From the IMG/VR virus record IMGVR_UViG_3300047471_000729, positions 1-64,000 of that record: 64,000 bases of DNA, one strand, 5' to 3'. This document shows, piece by piece, positions 19,989 to 29,500 of this stretch. Every line of letters begins with the position of its first letter. The stretch's first letter is position 1. The notes under the pieces were generated by a model. It made no database searches, had not been told where the DNA came from, and saw nothing but the letters and a program-made list of their open reading frames with translations. The position numbers and the translations under genes were made by a program. This stretch comes from a virus.

Positions 19989-20447
19989 ATGCAAGAACTC
20001 GAGCTTGGTACTTCCCGGTATCGCACCGGTAGGCTTGACGCGTTTAAGCAGTTTCACTTGTTTCGGAAGCTTATGCCTGTGTTTTCCGGAATGGGTGAGA
20101 CTTTTTCTGACATCGGACCAACCGATGGTACTAATGTCGCAATGGATGCCAACTTCTGGTCGGCATTGGGACCCGTTGCTACTGCGGTTGCTGAGATGTC
20201 ACAGCAGGATAGTGAGTTTATCCTGAAGACTTGTTTGCAGGTCGTGTCAAGATGGAACGGGCAAGCCTGGGTACGCATCACCATGCCATCCGGCGAACTA
20301 ATGTTCGAAGATATTGACATGATGGAGATGCTTCAACTAACCTTTGCTGTGTTGCAGGATAACCTCAGCGGTTTTTTCTCCGCACCCCTGCCCAACACTT
20401 CGGAGGAGGCAGGGGGTCAGGTTCTTCCGTATCCGTCGTCAGCATGA
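19989..20447 (+). CDS. Tail assembly chaperone
   Basis: YRTGRLDAFKQFHLFRKL...LMFEDIDM. Lies between tube and tape measure, with a slippery T TTT TTC site at 20372-20378. Confidence 0.8.
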   Translation: MQELELGTSRYRTGRLDAFKQFHLFRKLMPVFSGMGETFSDIGPTDGTNVAMDANFWSALGPVATAVAEMSQQDSEFILKTCLQVVSRWNGQAWVRITMPSGELMFEDIDMMEMLQLTFAVLQDNLSGFFSAPLPNTSEEAGGQVLPYPSSA

Positions 20448-20617
20448 ACGACGAAGAAGATTGGGTTATGCGCCCAGCCCTAGAGGGAATTTGTCTCTAC
20501 GAGTCGCTAGTTGACGGTACTTTGGATCTAGCTGATGTAGCGAGGATGAATGAAGCACTAAATGTCAGGGATGAGAACCGAAGCAGGTATGAGGAAGCAG
20601 CAAGGAATAGTAACTAA
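20444..20617 (+). CDS. Tail chaperone -1 frameshift extension (DUF6889-like)
   Basis: MNDEEDWVMRPALEGICLYESLVDGTLDLADVARMNEAL... This frame is -1 relative to the chaperone and is open back to the slippery site. Confidence 0.75.
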   Translation: MNDEEDWVMRPALEGICLYESLVDGTLDLADVARMNEALNVRDENRSRYEEAARNSN

Positions 20618-23600
20618 TGGCAGGCATCACAATCCAAGAATTCTTTGTTAAACTAGGCTTCCAGACGGACCCCGCGAGTTCGAAGCGTTTCCATGATACC
20701 ATGCAGAATGGTATTCGTGGGGTCAAGGAGTTTAGGTTAGCACTGATTGGATTGGCTATTGGTGCTGAAGAAGCTATTCGTCGGACGATGAATAGCTTTA
20801 ATAACATGTATCTCCTATCAAAATCAACAGGAGTACCAGTTGCTGCACTAAAGAGTTTCGAATTTGGTTTAAAGGCTGTCGGGATCCAATCTGAACAGAC
20901 AGCGCAAATTGTTAGTAAGTTAGCCGAAACCCTGCGTAAGCCAGGGAAAATGGAACAATGGCAGGGTTTGTTAAACACAGTTGGGGATACAAAACCAATC
21001 CTGAATGCTCAAGATGCCTATGTAAGACTGGCGACTGCCCTAGATAAAGCAAGAAGAAACGGTGGTGAAGCAACCATTCAGTATCAAATGCTCAAGAATA
21101 CGATTGAGAAAGGTGATCTTGGTATTGATCTTGATCCTATTCGTAATCTTTCATTAAATCTAAAAGATTATAACGACCAAATAAAGTTTCACAATGACCT
21201 AATGGTCAAGATGAAGCTTAATCAAGAGCAAGCTGCTGATGCTGGTCACAAGCTTTCTATGACGTGGGATCGAATAGTTGATATATTTAGTTCAGGTATT
21301 GATAAGATTGTTAGTGACAACTTTGAAAACATTAAAAAGATACTTGATGCAATAGGTGACTGGTTAACTGATCCCGAAGTTATTGACGGCTTTAAGCACA
21401 TCTTTGATGAGATGCGGAAGTTCTTTGAGGATAAGGACAATCGGGCTAAGTTTATTGAAGATCTAAAGTTAGTAGGGGAGGCGATAAAGGGTATTGTTTG
21501 GGTTGTTGGTAAGTTAATTGAAGGGTTTAAGTGGCTAAAAGATATAGTCGGTCCTGAATGGGCGGTGGCTATTGCTGCAGTCTTATTTATGTTTGGTCCT
21601 GCTATTGCGGGAGCTTTGATAAGTGGATTGCTTGGTGCACTATCAGCCGCTGCACTAGCGCCGATAGGTTTGGCGGTGGCTGGGGCAATAGCATCGGCGG
21701 TTGGCGGTTATCTTATTGGTGATGCTCTGCGCAAGGCGATTGAGAGCACCGAAATCGGCAAGCTGATCATGGACATGATCGCTCGAGCCATAACTGCCCC
21801 ATTCCTGCCTACTAAGACAGGTGTTCAAATTTCACCTGAAATGGCAAAGCGAATTGAAGATGCACGCAGGAAGGGCCTAATAAAAGATCGAGGACCGGGC
21901 ACTGGTAATGTAGAGAATCCTTATAGTGATTACGATACACCACAATATCAGCATGGCGGGATCGTTAACGCTAACCTGCATGATGGTGAGATGGTACTTC
22001 CTCGCAACATTAGCGAGGGACTACAACGAATGTTCGGTCCTCATCCAGATAATTTGCTTGAAAGTGGTGATCCCGGCCTTAGTTTTAAAGACTTCTTTGA
22101 AGAAGTTCAGCGTTGGTGGTCTGGTGATGCTTCTTTCCGTCCTATTGTCGATCTAGCTGACAGATTCTACGAAAGGATGTCCGAACTACTGATAAATGTT
22201 CTAGATCAGACTTTAAAGGCAATGGGCTATAAAGACGGTATCTATGGAGCAGCAGGTACTACCGGTGCCTCACCTGGTGCTGCGCCCGCTCCTGGTGGTC
22301 CCACTCCTGGTACACCTGGAACTCCGGGTTCCCCAACTGGTACACCTGGTGGTGGAGTTGAGTTCCCACCCGACTGGAAGCCTCCTGAAGGTACGCAAAC
22401 AACATCGTCTGGAATGGAAATATCACATCCAGAACGCAACAACCCAGGCAATCTGCGGGTTGGAGGTGGTGATTGGTTAGGTAAGAATACTAGACCTGGA
22501 CAGGCTTTTGAGAGTTTTGACACAATGGCGCATGGTATCCGTGCGCGCATCATTACTTACAATAGTTACTTTAAGAGAGGCTTAGATACGATTGCAAAGA
22601 TTGCTGAGGCTTCTGGGCCCGGATTTGAAAACAACATGAAGGCCCAACTTGAAGCTTACAAAACAGCAATGGGTGGTGATTATAACAAACCGGGTGGTGA
22701 AAACCTACCGATACAATTAACACCAGAAAACCTACGGAAATTAACTATAGCCGGTATCAGTTTCGAGCATGGTGGTAAAGGAGTAAAGCTTCCCAAGGGT
22801 GCTGGTGAAAAAGAAATAAACGAAGAGATGCTGAAGTTGATGGAGGAGCAAAAAGCGAGTGGTGGAACTGGTGTTCCAGGTGGTCCTGGGGATCCAAATG
22901 CTGTCTACGGAGAAAGGATTACTCCACAGTTGAAAGCTTTGTTGGCGAAGGTTGCTGCCGATCAGGGCGTCAAATTTGGTGTCCATTCAGGTATTCGTCA
23001 ACCAGGTGGTTCGGGTCGACATGACCCACGAGGAGGGATGGGTGCCGCTGACACGTACATTTACGACCAGAAAACCGGTCGTATGTTGAATCCAACAGAT
23101 CCCAACGATTTTGCTCGGTTAGGTCAGATTGCGGAAGAAGCTTATCGACTTGGTGCGAAAGGTATTGGGGCTGGTGAAGGTTATATGGGTGGTAGATCAT
23201 TACACATCGGTGGTACTGGCTATTCACCTACTGGCACAGCGTATTGGGGTACTGGTGAACATGAAGCAGGTGCAATGCCTTGGCTTAAAGAAGCGTATAG
23301 ACGAAGCCAACAACGACAAGTGGCTGCCGCTACTAAAAAGGTAGCAGAAACTGCTAAAAAGGCAACGGACGCGGCTACTGGTAGGGACCGTACTGGACCG
23401 CTGGTTGAGGGTGGCAAAACCTACCCCGAAGGTGTCATGTCTCCCAGTGAACTTGAACAATGGCACAACGCGCAGCAAAAGGTATCGGAAGTTACAGGTA
23501 CTAAGTTAGGTGGTGGTGCTGGTGGTGGTACATCAGGAAACAGACAGGTGGCAATGAATACAACTAACAACTATTACATCAATGGAGCCGGTGATCCTCA

Positions 23601-23682
23601 TCATACACAAAAGTTAATTGATGAGTCTCATAAGAGGCGTGGTCATGAAGAACAACGTAACTCAAGAGCATTTTTAGCGTAG
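20617..23682 (+). CDS. Tape measure protein with C-terminal lysozyme-like and peptidase M15-like domains
   Basis: IQEFFVKLGF N-terminus, helical body, hydrophobic segment, RNNPGNLR...FDTMAHGIRA, and SGIR...GRH...AAD...LHIG. Confidence 0.8.
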   Translation: MAGITIQEFFVKLGFQTDPASSKRFHDTMQNGIRGVKEFRLALIGLAIGAEEAIRRTMNSFNNMYLLSKSTGVPVAALKSFEFGLKAVGIQSEQTAQIVSKLAETLRKPGKMEQWQGLLNTVGDTKPILNAQDAYVRLATALDKARRNGGEATIQYQMLKNTIEKGDLGIDLDPIRNLSLNLKDYNDQIKFHNDLMVKMKLNQEQAADAGHKLSMTWDRIVDIFSSGIDKIVSDNFENIKKILDAIGDWLTDPEVIDGFKHIFDEMRKFFEDKDNRAKFIEDLKLVGEAIKGIVWVVGKLIEGFKWLKDIVGPEWAVAIAAVLFMFGPAIAGALISGLLGALSAAALAPIGLAVAGAIASAVGGYLIGDALRKAIESTEIGKLIMDMIARAITAPFLPTKTGVQISPEMAKRIEDARRKGLIKDRGPGTGNVENPYSDYDTPQYQHGGIVNANLHDGEMVLPRNISEGLQRMFGPHPDNLLESGDPGLSFKDFFEEVQRWWSGDASFRPIVDLADRFYERMSELLINVLDQTLKAMGYKDGIYGAAGTTGASPGAAPAPGGPTPGTPGTPGSPTGTPGGGVEFPPDWKPPEGTQTTSSGMEISHPERNNPGNLRVGGGDWLGKNTRPGQAFESFDTMAHGIRARIITYNSYFKRGLDTIAKIAEASGPGFENNMKAQLEAYKTAMGGDYNKPGGENLPIQLTPENLRKLTIAGISFEHGGKGVKLPKGAGEKEINEEMLKLMEEQKASGGTGVPGGPGDPNAVYGERITPQLKALLAKVAADQGVKFGVHSGIRQPGGSGRHDPRGGMGAADTYIYDQKTGRMLNPTDPNDFARLGQIAEEAYRLGAKGIGAGEGYMGGRSLHIGGTGYSPTGTAYWGTGEHEAGAMPWLKEAYRRSQQRQVAAATKKVAETAKKATDAATGRDRTGPLVEGGKTYPEGVMSPSELEQWHNAQQKVSEVTGTKLGGGAGGGTSGNRQVAMNTTNNYYINGAGDPHHTQKLIDESHKRRGHEEQRNSRAFLA

Positions 23683-25104
23683 GTGAACATGGCTGACGAT
23701 TCAAGTCAAGTAGCAAAGTTTCAAACTTCTAAACTAACTGCTCAAGCGGATAGTTGGACATCCCTGGCTGACCAAATGCAGCCGAGTAACGCACCTGGCT
23801 CGGCGCCTATATCTAAAGATGATAAGAATCATGATGCGCAATGGATGCGTAAACTGAGTTTTGTTTTGTATAGTCAGGGTTCGGGGGATGCGGCTAGTAA
23901 TACTACTCGTCTGACAACCCCTACCGCAACACCTGCCACCGCCACTACAAGAACACCAACTACTCGCACTGATAGTACTACTCTTCCTGAGGTTAGTGTT
24001 AATGCTAAAGCAGATAGTGCTCAATCTAGTGATGATAAGAGTAAGACTTCAGGTGGGATTGATCTCTCAGCTCTGAGGGTCTTCTTTAACATTAAACAAG
24101 CGGACGCCAATACACCCGCGACACTTTGGGCGCGCGTGTATAACATGGCTCCCACAACAATGGCAAAGGTTATTCAGTTTACCAGGATACAAGTACAGGC
24201 TGGATACAAGTATGCAAACTTTGGTTTGATCTTTGATGGTACGGTGGTTCAATACAAGAAGGGTAAAGAAAATCCAACTGACACTTATTTTGAGATACAT
24301 GCGGGTGATGGTGATCTAAGATACAACCGGGAAATAGTCACCACTCAGTACCCTGCAGGTACACAAGACTTAGTTCCCCTTAAGAATGCTGCCACGAAAT
24401 TGGGTATCAGCATAAGTTATATTGATCCAGAGGTTGGTTTGGATAAATCCCAACGAGATACAACTGAAATTGCGGCTGCTAGAGACGTAATTCGACAATA
24501 CATGGAAAAGAATGATGCTAAGTTCTTTATTGAGCATGGTAAGATTGTCATCCTTAAGAATAAGAATACCAGACCTGGTGCTCCTGTCATACTAACAACA
24601 AAGACTGGTCTTGTTAGTCTACCTGAGGTAACTCCTCAAGGTATTGAATGTAAGTGTCTGCTTAACCCGAATATTAAACTTGGTGGTACTATCAAGCTGG
24701 ATACAAGTGTCCTCTCCGGTGTACCATTTACCCCAGGTTCTTCTGTTAAGGTTGATAAAAATGGTAATATTCAAGGTGATTCTACAGGTGGTATAATAAA
24801 TCCTGTTGCGACTTTTGGTAAGCAAATGGAGTCAGCTTATTCCTCTCCAATTGGTTCTTATAAAGTTGTCTTGTTGGAGCATCAAGGAGACACTCGTGGT
24901 CTTCCTTGGTATTCCAATATAGTTGGTGTTGCACTTAATGATAAAGGAGAGACTATTCAAAATCCAGCTTCCGCAGCCAGTCGTGGTGCCCCAGAAACCT
25001 ATGGTCCGAAACAACCCACGCCTACCCCTACGCCTACCCCTACCCCTACTAGAACACCAACACCGGGATGGTCACCAACATTAGTTGCATCAAACCGGAG
25101 GTGA
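23683..25104 (+). CDS. Baseplate hub protein
   Basis: LRVFFNIKQ...RVYNMA...QAGY...IFDG...CLLNPNI...HQGDTRG.PWY motifs. Ends in a Pro-Thr tail. Confidence 0.75.
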   Translation: MNMADDSSQVAKFQTSKLTAQADSWTSLADQMQPSNAPGSAPISKDDKNHDAQWMRKLSFVLYSQGSGDAASNTTRLTTPTATPATATTRTPTTRTDSTTLPEVSVNAKADSAQSSDDKSKTSGGIDLSALRVFFNIKQADANTPATLWARVYNMAPTTMAKVIQFTRIQVQAGYKYANFGLIFDGTVVQYKKGKENPTDTYFEIHAGDGDLRYNREIVTTQYPAGTQDLVPLKNAATKLGISISYIDPEVGLDKSQRDTTEIAAARDVIRQYMEKNDAKFFIEHGKIVILKNKNTRPGAPVILTTKTGLVSLPEVTPQGIECKCLLNPNIKLGGTIKLDTSVLSGVPFTPGSSVKVDKNGNIQGDSTGGIINPVATFGKQMESAYSSPIGSYKVVLLEHQGDTRGLPWYSNIVGVALNDKGETIQNPASAASRGAPETYGPKQPTPTPTPTPTPTRTPTPGWSPTLVASNRR

Positions 25105-26317
25105 AAGAATGAGAACTCGGGAGCGTCAGCGTAATCGTAGACAACAAGATACTTATATGGAAGTATTACCACCTCATCCACGTCGGTATGGGGTGAGCCT
25201 TTATGAGCTTGCTCGTCCACCAGAGGGTGGTGATGATACCGGTTTAGTCGGGCAGGGTGATGCTGCATCCAACGCCCAAACTATTACTACTTCTTCGGGC
25301 GGAGACTTTGGTGGCGGTGGAGACGATTTTGGAGGCGGTGGTCAACTAACTCCACAACCTTCTGCTGCTACAAGTGTTCAACCACAAAATCTTTATGGTA
25401 ACTGGACTCCAGCATTGTTTATGCCACATAGACGCTCTATCGGTGGAATCATTGCTGAAGTGACAATTGAAGAAAATGGTACGGATGATGTTACGATAAC
25501 CGAGCACCCGGTGGAGCAGGGCGCACCAATTGCTGACCATGCGTTTAAGAGGCCCTCTACGGTTACCATAAAGGCAGGATGGAGTGTCCGTGGGTCATAT
25601 GACCTCTCCGCAGAAAGCGGTGTGTACGGGCTTCTACTAAGCTGGCAGGCTGCGCTTCGGCCCTTCGATGTCATTACCGGGAAGCGTAAGTATACCAACA
25701 TGCTGATAGAGCGTTTATCTGTCATTACAGATGAGAAGTCTGAATATGCGTTAATGGCTGATATTGTATGTAGGCAGGTGATTATTGTTGCAACAGCATC
25801 AAGCAACGTACAAACAGCATCTCAGTCTCCTTCTGATCAGAAGGAACCTGAGAAGACATCCCAACCAGAAACGAAAGGTGATCAACCAACGCGCGATATT
25901 GGTGATGGTGGGATGATTGAGCAGAGCTACCCGACGACCGCTACGCCGGTCACTGGCCCCGAGAGCCCGCCCGAGGGCGGCAACGACAGCGTCTTGCAGC
26001 CCGAGGGGCAGAAGGTCGAAAGCACCATCACCGGGCAGCCGATCGGCAGAGCCGAGGGGACCGACTCGCCACTAATCGGTCCCGGCCAGACCGGCACCGG
26101 CTCTACCGCGCTGCCGGGGAACGCCAATGAGACGCAACTCAACGAAAAGGGCATGACGACCAGAACTGACAGCAGCGGAAATTTCCTCAGCGTCAGCGCG
26201 CCATTAGCACCAAAGCAACAGAGGAGTTCAGTGTGGCAACGAACGTCGAGATCCCCACACGGTCAGGTCGTCCTTTCTCCGAGCGCGTTACGATACTTGG
26301 CATTGTCTACACGTTAA
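25085..26317 (+). CDS. Dit-like baseplate/tail tube initiator protein with low-complexity extensions
   Basis: TITEHPVEQGAPIADHAFKRP...FDVITGKRKYTNMLIERL. Confidence 0.75.
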   Translation: MHQTGGERMRTRERQRNRRQQDTYMEVLPPHPRRYGVSLYELARPPEGGDDTGLVGQGDAASNAQTITTSSGGDFGGGGDDFGGGGQLTPQPSAATSVQPQNLYGNWTPALFMPHRRSIGGIIAEVTIEENGTDDVTITEHPVEQGAPIADHAFKRPSTVTIKAGWSVRGSYDLSAESGVYGLLLSWQAALRPFDVITGKRKYTNMLIERLSVITDEKSEYALMADIVCRQVIIVATASSNVQTASQSPSDQKEPEKTSQPETKGDQPTRDIGDGGMIEQSYPTTATPVTGPESPPEGGNDSVLQPEGQKVESTITGQPIGRAEGTDSPLIGPGQTGTGSTALPGNANETQLNEKGMTTRTDSSGNFLSVSAPLAPKQQRSSVWQRTSRSPHGQVVLSPSALRYLALSTR

Positions 26318-26565
26318 CATTCAAATGGAACACGGTAATATCTTGTTGGACCGTGGATTTTGATGACGAAACTGGTACTAGAATGGTATTACATGGGATG
26401 CCTTTACTGACTGGTGCTGATATGCTTGAACAGTTTGGTTATATGCCTCTAGGGGATCAGGCGATACTAACCGTTATGAGTATCGGTCCTGATGTCTCAC
26501 CCGACGAGGTACCGAACTTTAATAATTTAGGTTCAGAGGGTCATCTCTACTTGACTACACCATAG
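26233..26565 (+). CDS. Baseplate plug-like protein
   Basis: YTLTFKWN...GMPLLTGADMLEQFGY...PNFNNLG...LY. Confidence 0.65.
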   Translation: MATNVEIPTRSGRPFSERVTILGIVYTLTFKWNTVISCWTVDFDDETGTRMVLHGMPLLTGADMLEQFGYMPLGDQAILTVMSIGPDVSPDEVPNFNNLGSEGHLYLTTP

Positions 26566-26574
26566 GACTAAACA

Positions 26575-29500
26575 ATGTCAAGTCCGTTTTATCACACCGA
26601 ACGGTATGAGGATTTTCAGGAGAATGACCGTCTCCGAAAGCAGGCTGATAGAGCTGATTTATGGACTTCTTTACCTGTTGTTATTGGTGAACATCAGGCG
26701 GCTCAGAATACGGTAACAATTGATCCTGCACTAAAACTAGCCTATGTAAATGATAAGGGTGTAATTGAATGGAAACAGATTCCAACAATCAAGTCCTCAC
26801 CCCTACTCTATTTGGGTGGTGGTGGGATGCACATTACCATCCCTGTAGCAAAGGGAGATGAAGGACTAGCGATCTTTGCTTCTCGTGGAATTGACGCTTG
26901 GTGGGCAAATGGAGGTGTTCAGAATCAAGATCAGAATAGGACTCATCATTTAACTGATGCTTTTGTTATTCCTGGTTTTCACTCTCAGCCTAACAAACTA
27001 AAGGATGTCGATACCACATCTATGCAGATGAGGACGACGGACGGCAAGACTAATTTCAACTTTAATCCGACTAGTGGCGGGTCAATGACTATGACCGCCC
27101 CTAATAATCCAACTACAATACAGGGGAAAGCGTTTAATACTACTGTTGATTCTTCTAATCATAACGTGGCAAATGGAGTCGCATACAATACACCTTCTAT
27201 TCGAGCCAGTGGCTTTATTGATGCCAAAGGTGGTTTCTTTGTTAATGGGCACCCAATTGGTACAGGTGGCGGTGGAGGTGGTACAGGTGGTGGAGGGGCG
27301 ATTATTAGTCCTATCCCACCTGTTGTACCCGATGCAGGTACTTTCTGGTGGGATCCAATTGGTGGGCAACTCTACGTCTGGTATGACGATGGTAATTCCG
27401 CACAATGGGTTGCTGCTACAAATATGCCAGGTCCGCAAGGACCACCTGGACCTGTTGGTAGTGGTACTATTACCGGTGTCATTGCAGGTATTGGCCTCTC
27501 CGGTGGTGGTACTAATGATATTGTCACTATTGATATGGATACTCCTGTCGCTATTTCTCTTGGTGGTACAGGAGCATCAGCACCGGTAGGCGCCTTAGCT
27601 AATCTTGGTGGATTGCCTATTGCTGGTGGGACGATGCAAGGGTTCTTGACCCTTTCCGCTGCACCAGCCCAGCCTCTACACGCAGCAACAAGAACCTATG
27701 TAGATACCGCTGTTTCACTTCTAGCACCAGTAAATAGTCCTCAGTTCACAGGCATTCCTAGGGTTCCGACAGCCCCTACCGCTACTAATGATACCACTAT
27801 TGCTTCTACTGCCTTTGTCAAGGTACAGCCGATCACATTTATTGGCGATATAGCGGGTTCTGGTACTCTTGGTAGTACCAATATCAATATTACCAATGTT
27901 GGTTTGCAAGGTCGTCCTGTTGCTATAACAGCACCAACCACTAATCAAGTACTACAATGGTCAGGTACCGCATGGGCACCTGCTGCTGTTGCTGGTACGG
28001 GTACAGTGACCACCATCAATGTTGGTGTTGGTCTTACAGGCGGTCCAATAATTAACATAGTTGGTACTATTGCACTAGCTGTTCCTGTTGCTGTTACCAA
28101 TGGTGGTACAGGTATTGCTTCAGGTAATGCTGGTGGGTTTGTATACTTTAGTAATGCCAACACTATTTCTTCTACAACAAATTGGACTATCGCTGGTGGG
28201 CAGATTGTAGGGGATTCCGGTAGTTCTATTACTGTAGGTGGATTAACAAGTCAAGGTCCTGGGACTGTTAATGCTGTTGGTCTTTACATAAATGGTGTGC
28301 CAGTTGGAACAAATTCCTTGTCTCTAACTGGTGGTACACTAACTGGTAGTTTAGGGATCAACGGTAGTGGTAGTATGCTTCTCTTTGGCAATCCAGGACT
28401 TGGTTTGCCAACAGTTATTTCTAGATCGATTGGAACTAGGATCGTCTTGTGGAATGGTTTATCCACTACCGAGGTTGATTATGCTATCGGGATGGATGGT
28501 GGTACTCAATGGTTTTCAGTTCCCAACAATACAACTGCTAGATTTAGGTGGTTTGGTGGCACCTCTGAAGCAATGTCGCTTGGTGGTAATGGGGTGTTGT
28601 CGACCACGGGCGTCATCACTGCGCCAGTGATGTTGGTCATGAGTGCTACCGGAGGCGGTCCCGTTGCTACTAACGGCATTGCCGTGAAAATCCCCAGCGG
28701 CGGCGAGGTCAACCTTATTCCTGGCAGTTCAGTCAATACCGGCTACATCGAGTGGAGACTGCCCAACGCAGCGGTGGGAGCCGGTGCCCGTCTTGCCTAT
28801 CTCGGTTGGAACTCTGGTACGACGTTTGGCTTGCAACTGGACACGGCGACTGTCTTCGCCATCAGTGGGACAGTCACAGCGCCCACCTTTGTTGGAGCCT
28901 TGACCGGCCAAGCTTCGCTCAACTTGCCTCTAACTGGTGGGACGCTCACCGGAAATTTGAACACCGTTGGACAGACCAATAACGGCTGGTTCTATACCGG
29001 AATTAACTCGCCAGCTTACCCGACTAGCTTTGGTGGTCTCGCAATTTCATGGAACTTTAACGTAGGACAGGGTGACGTAGATTTCTGGAATTGTTACACC
29101 AGTGGTAGCGGTTACACTTCATTCTTTTGGTATCAACTGACGACTGCTGGCTCAGCAGCAACAAAAGTGATGCAGGTTGGTCCAAGCGGTCTTCTGGTTC
29201 CATCTACGTTTCTAAAAACCGGTGGTGGGGCGAGCTACCGCATGTCGCCCAACGCCAACAACACCGGCATCGGCTCGTTTTGGTACACCGACACCAGCAC
29301 CATGTACTTGTTGCTGACCGCGAATAATGACGCTTGGGGTAGCTTCAACGGGCTGCGTCCTTTCGCGGTGGACCTCGCCACTGGCGTCGCGACATTCGGT
29401 CACCGGGTGACATTCAACCAAGGCGTGACGATCAGCGGTATCGGCCTCAACGCCTTGACTGTGACTGGCTGGAACATCGTCCTGCAAAACAGTGCGTCCA

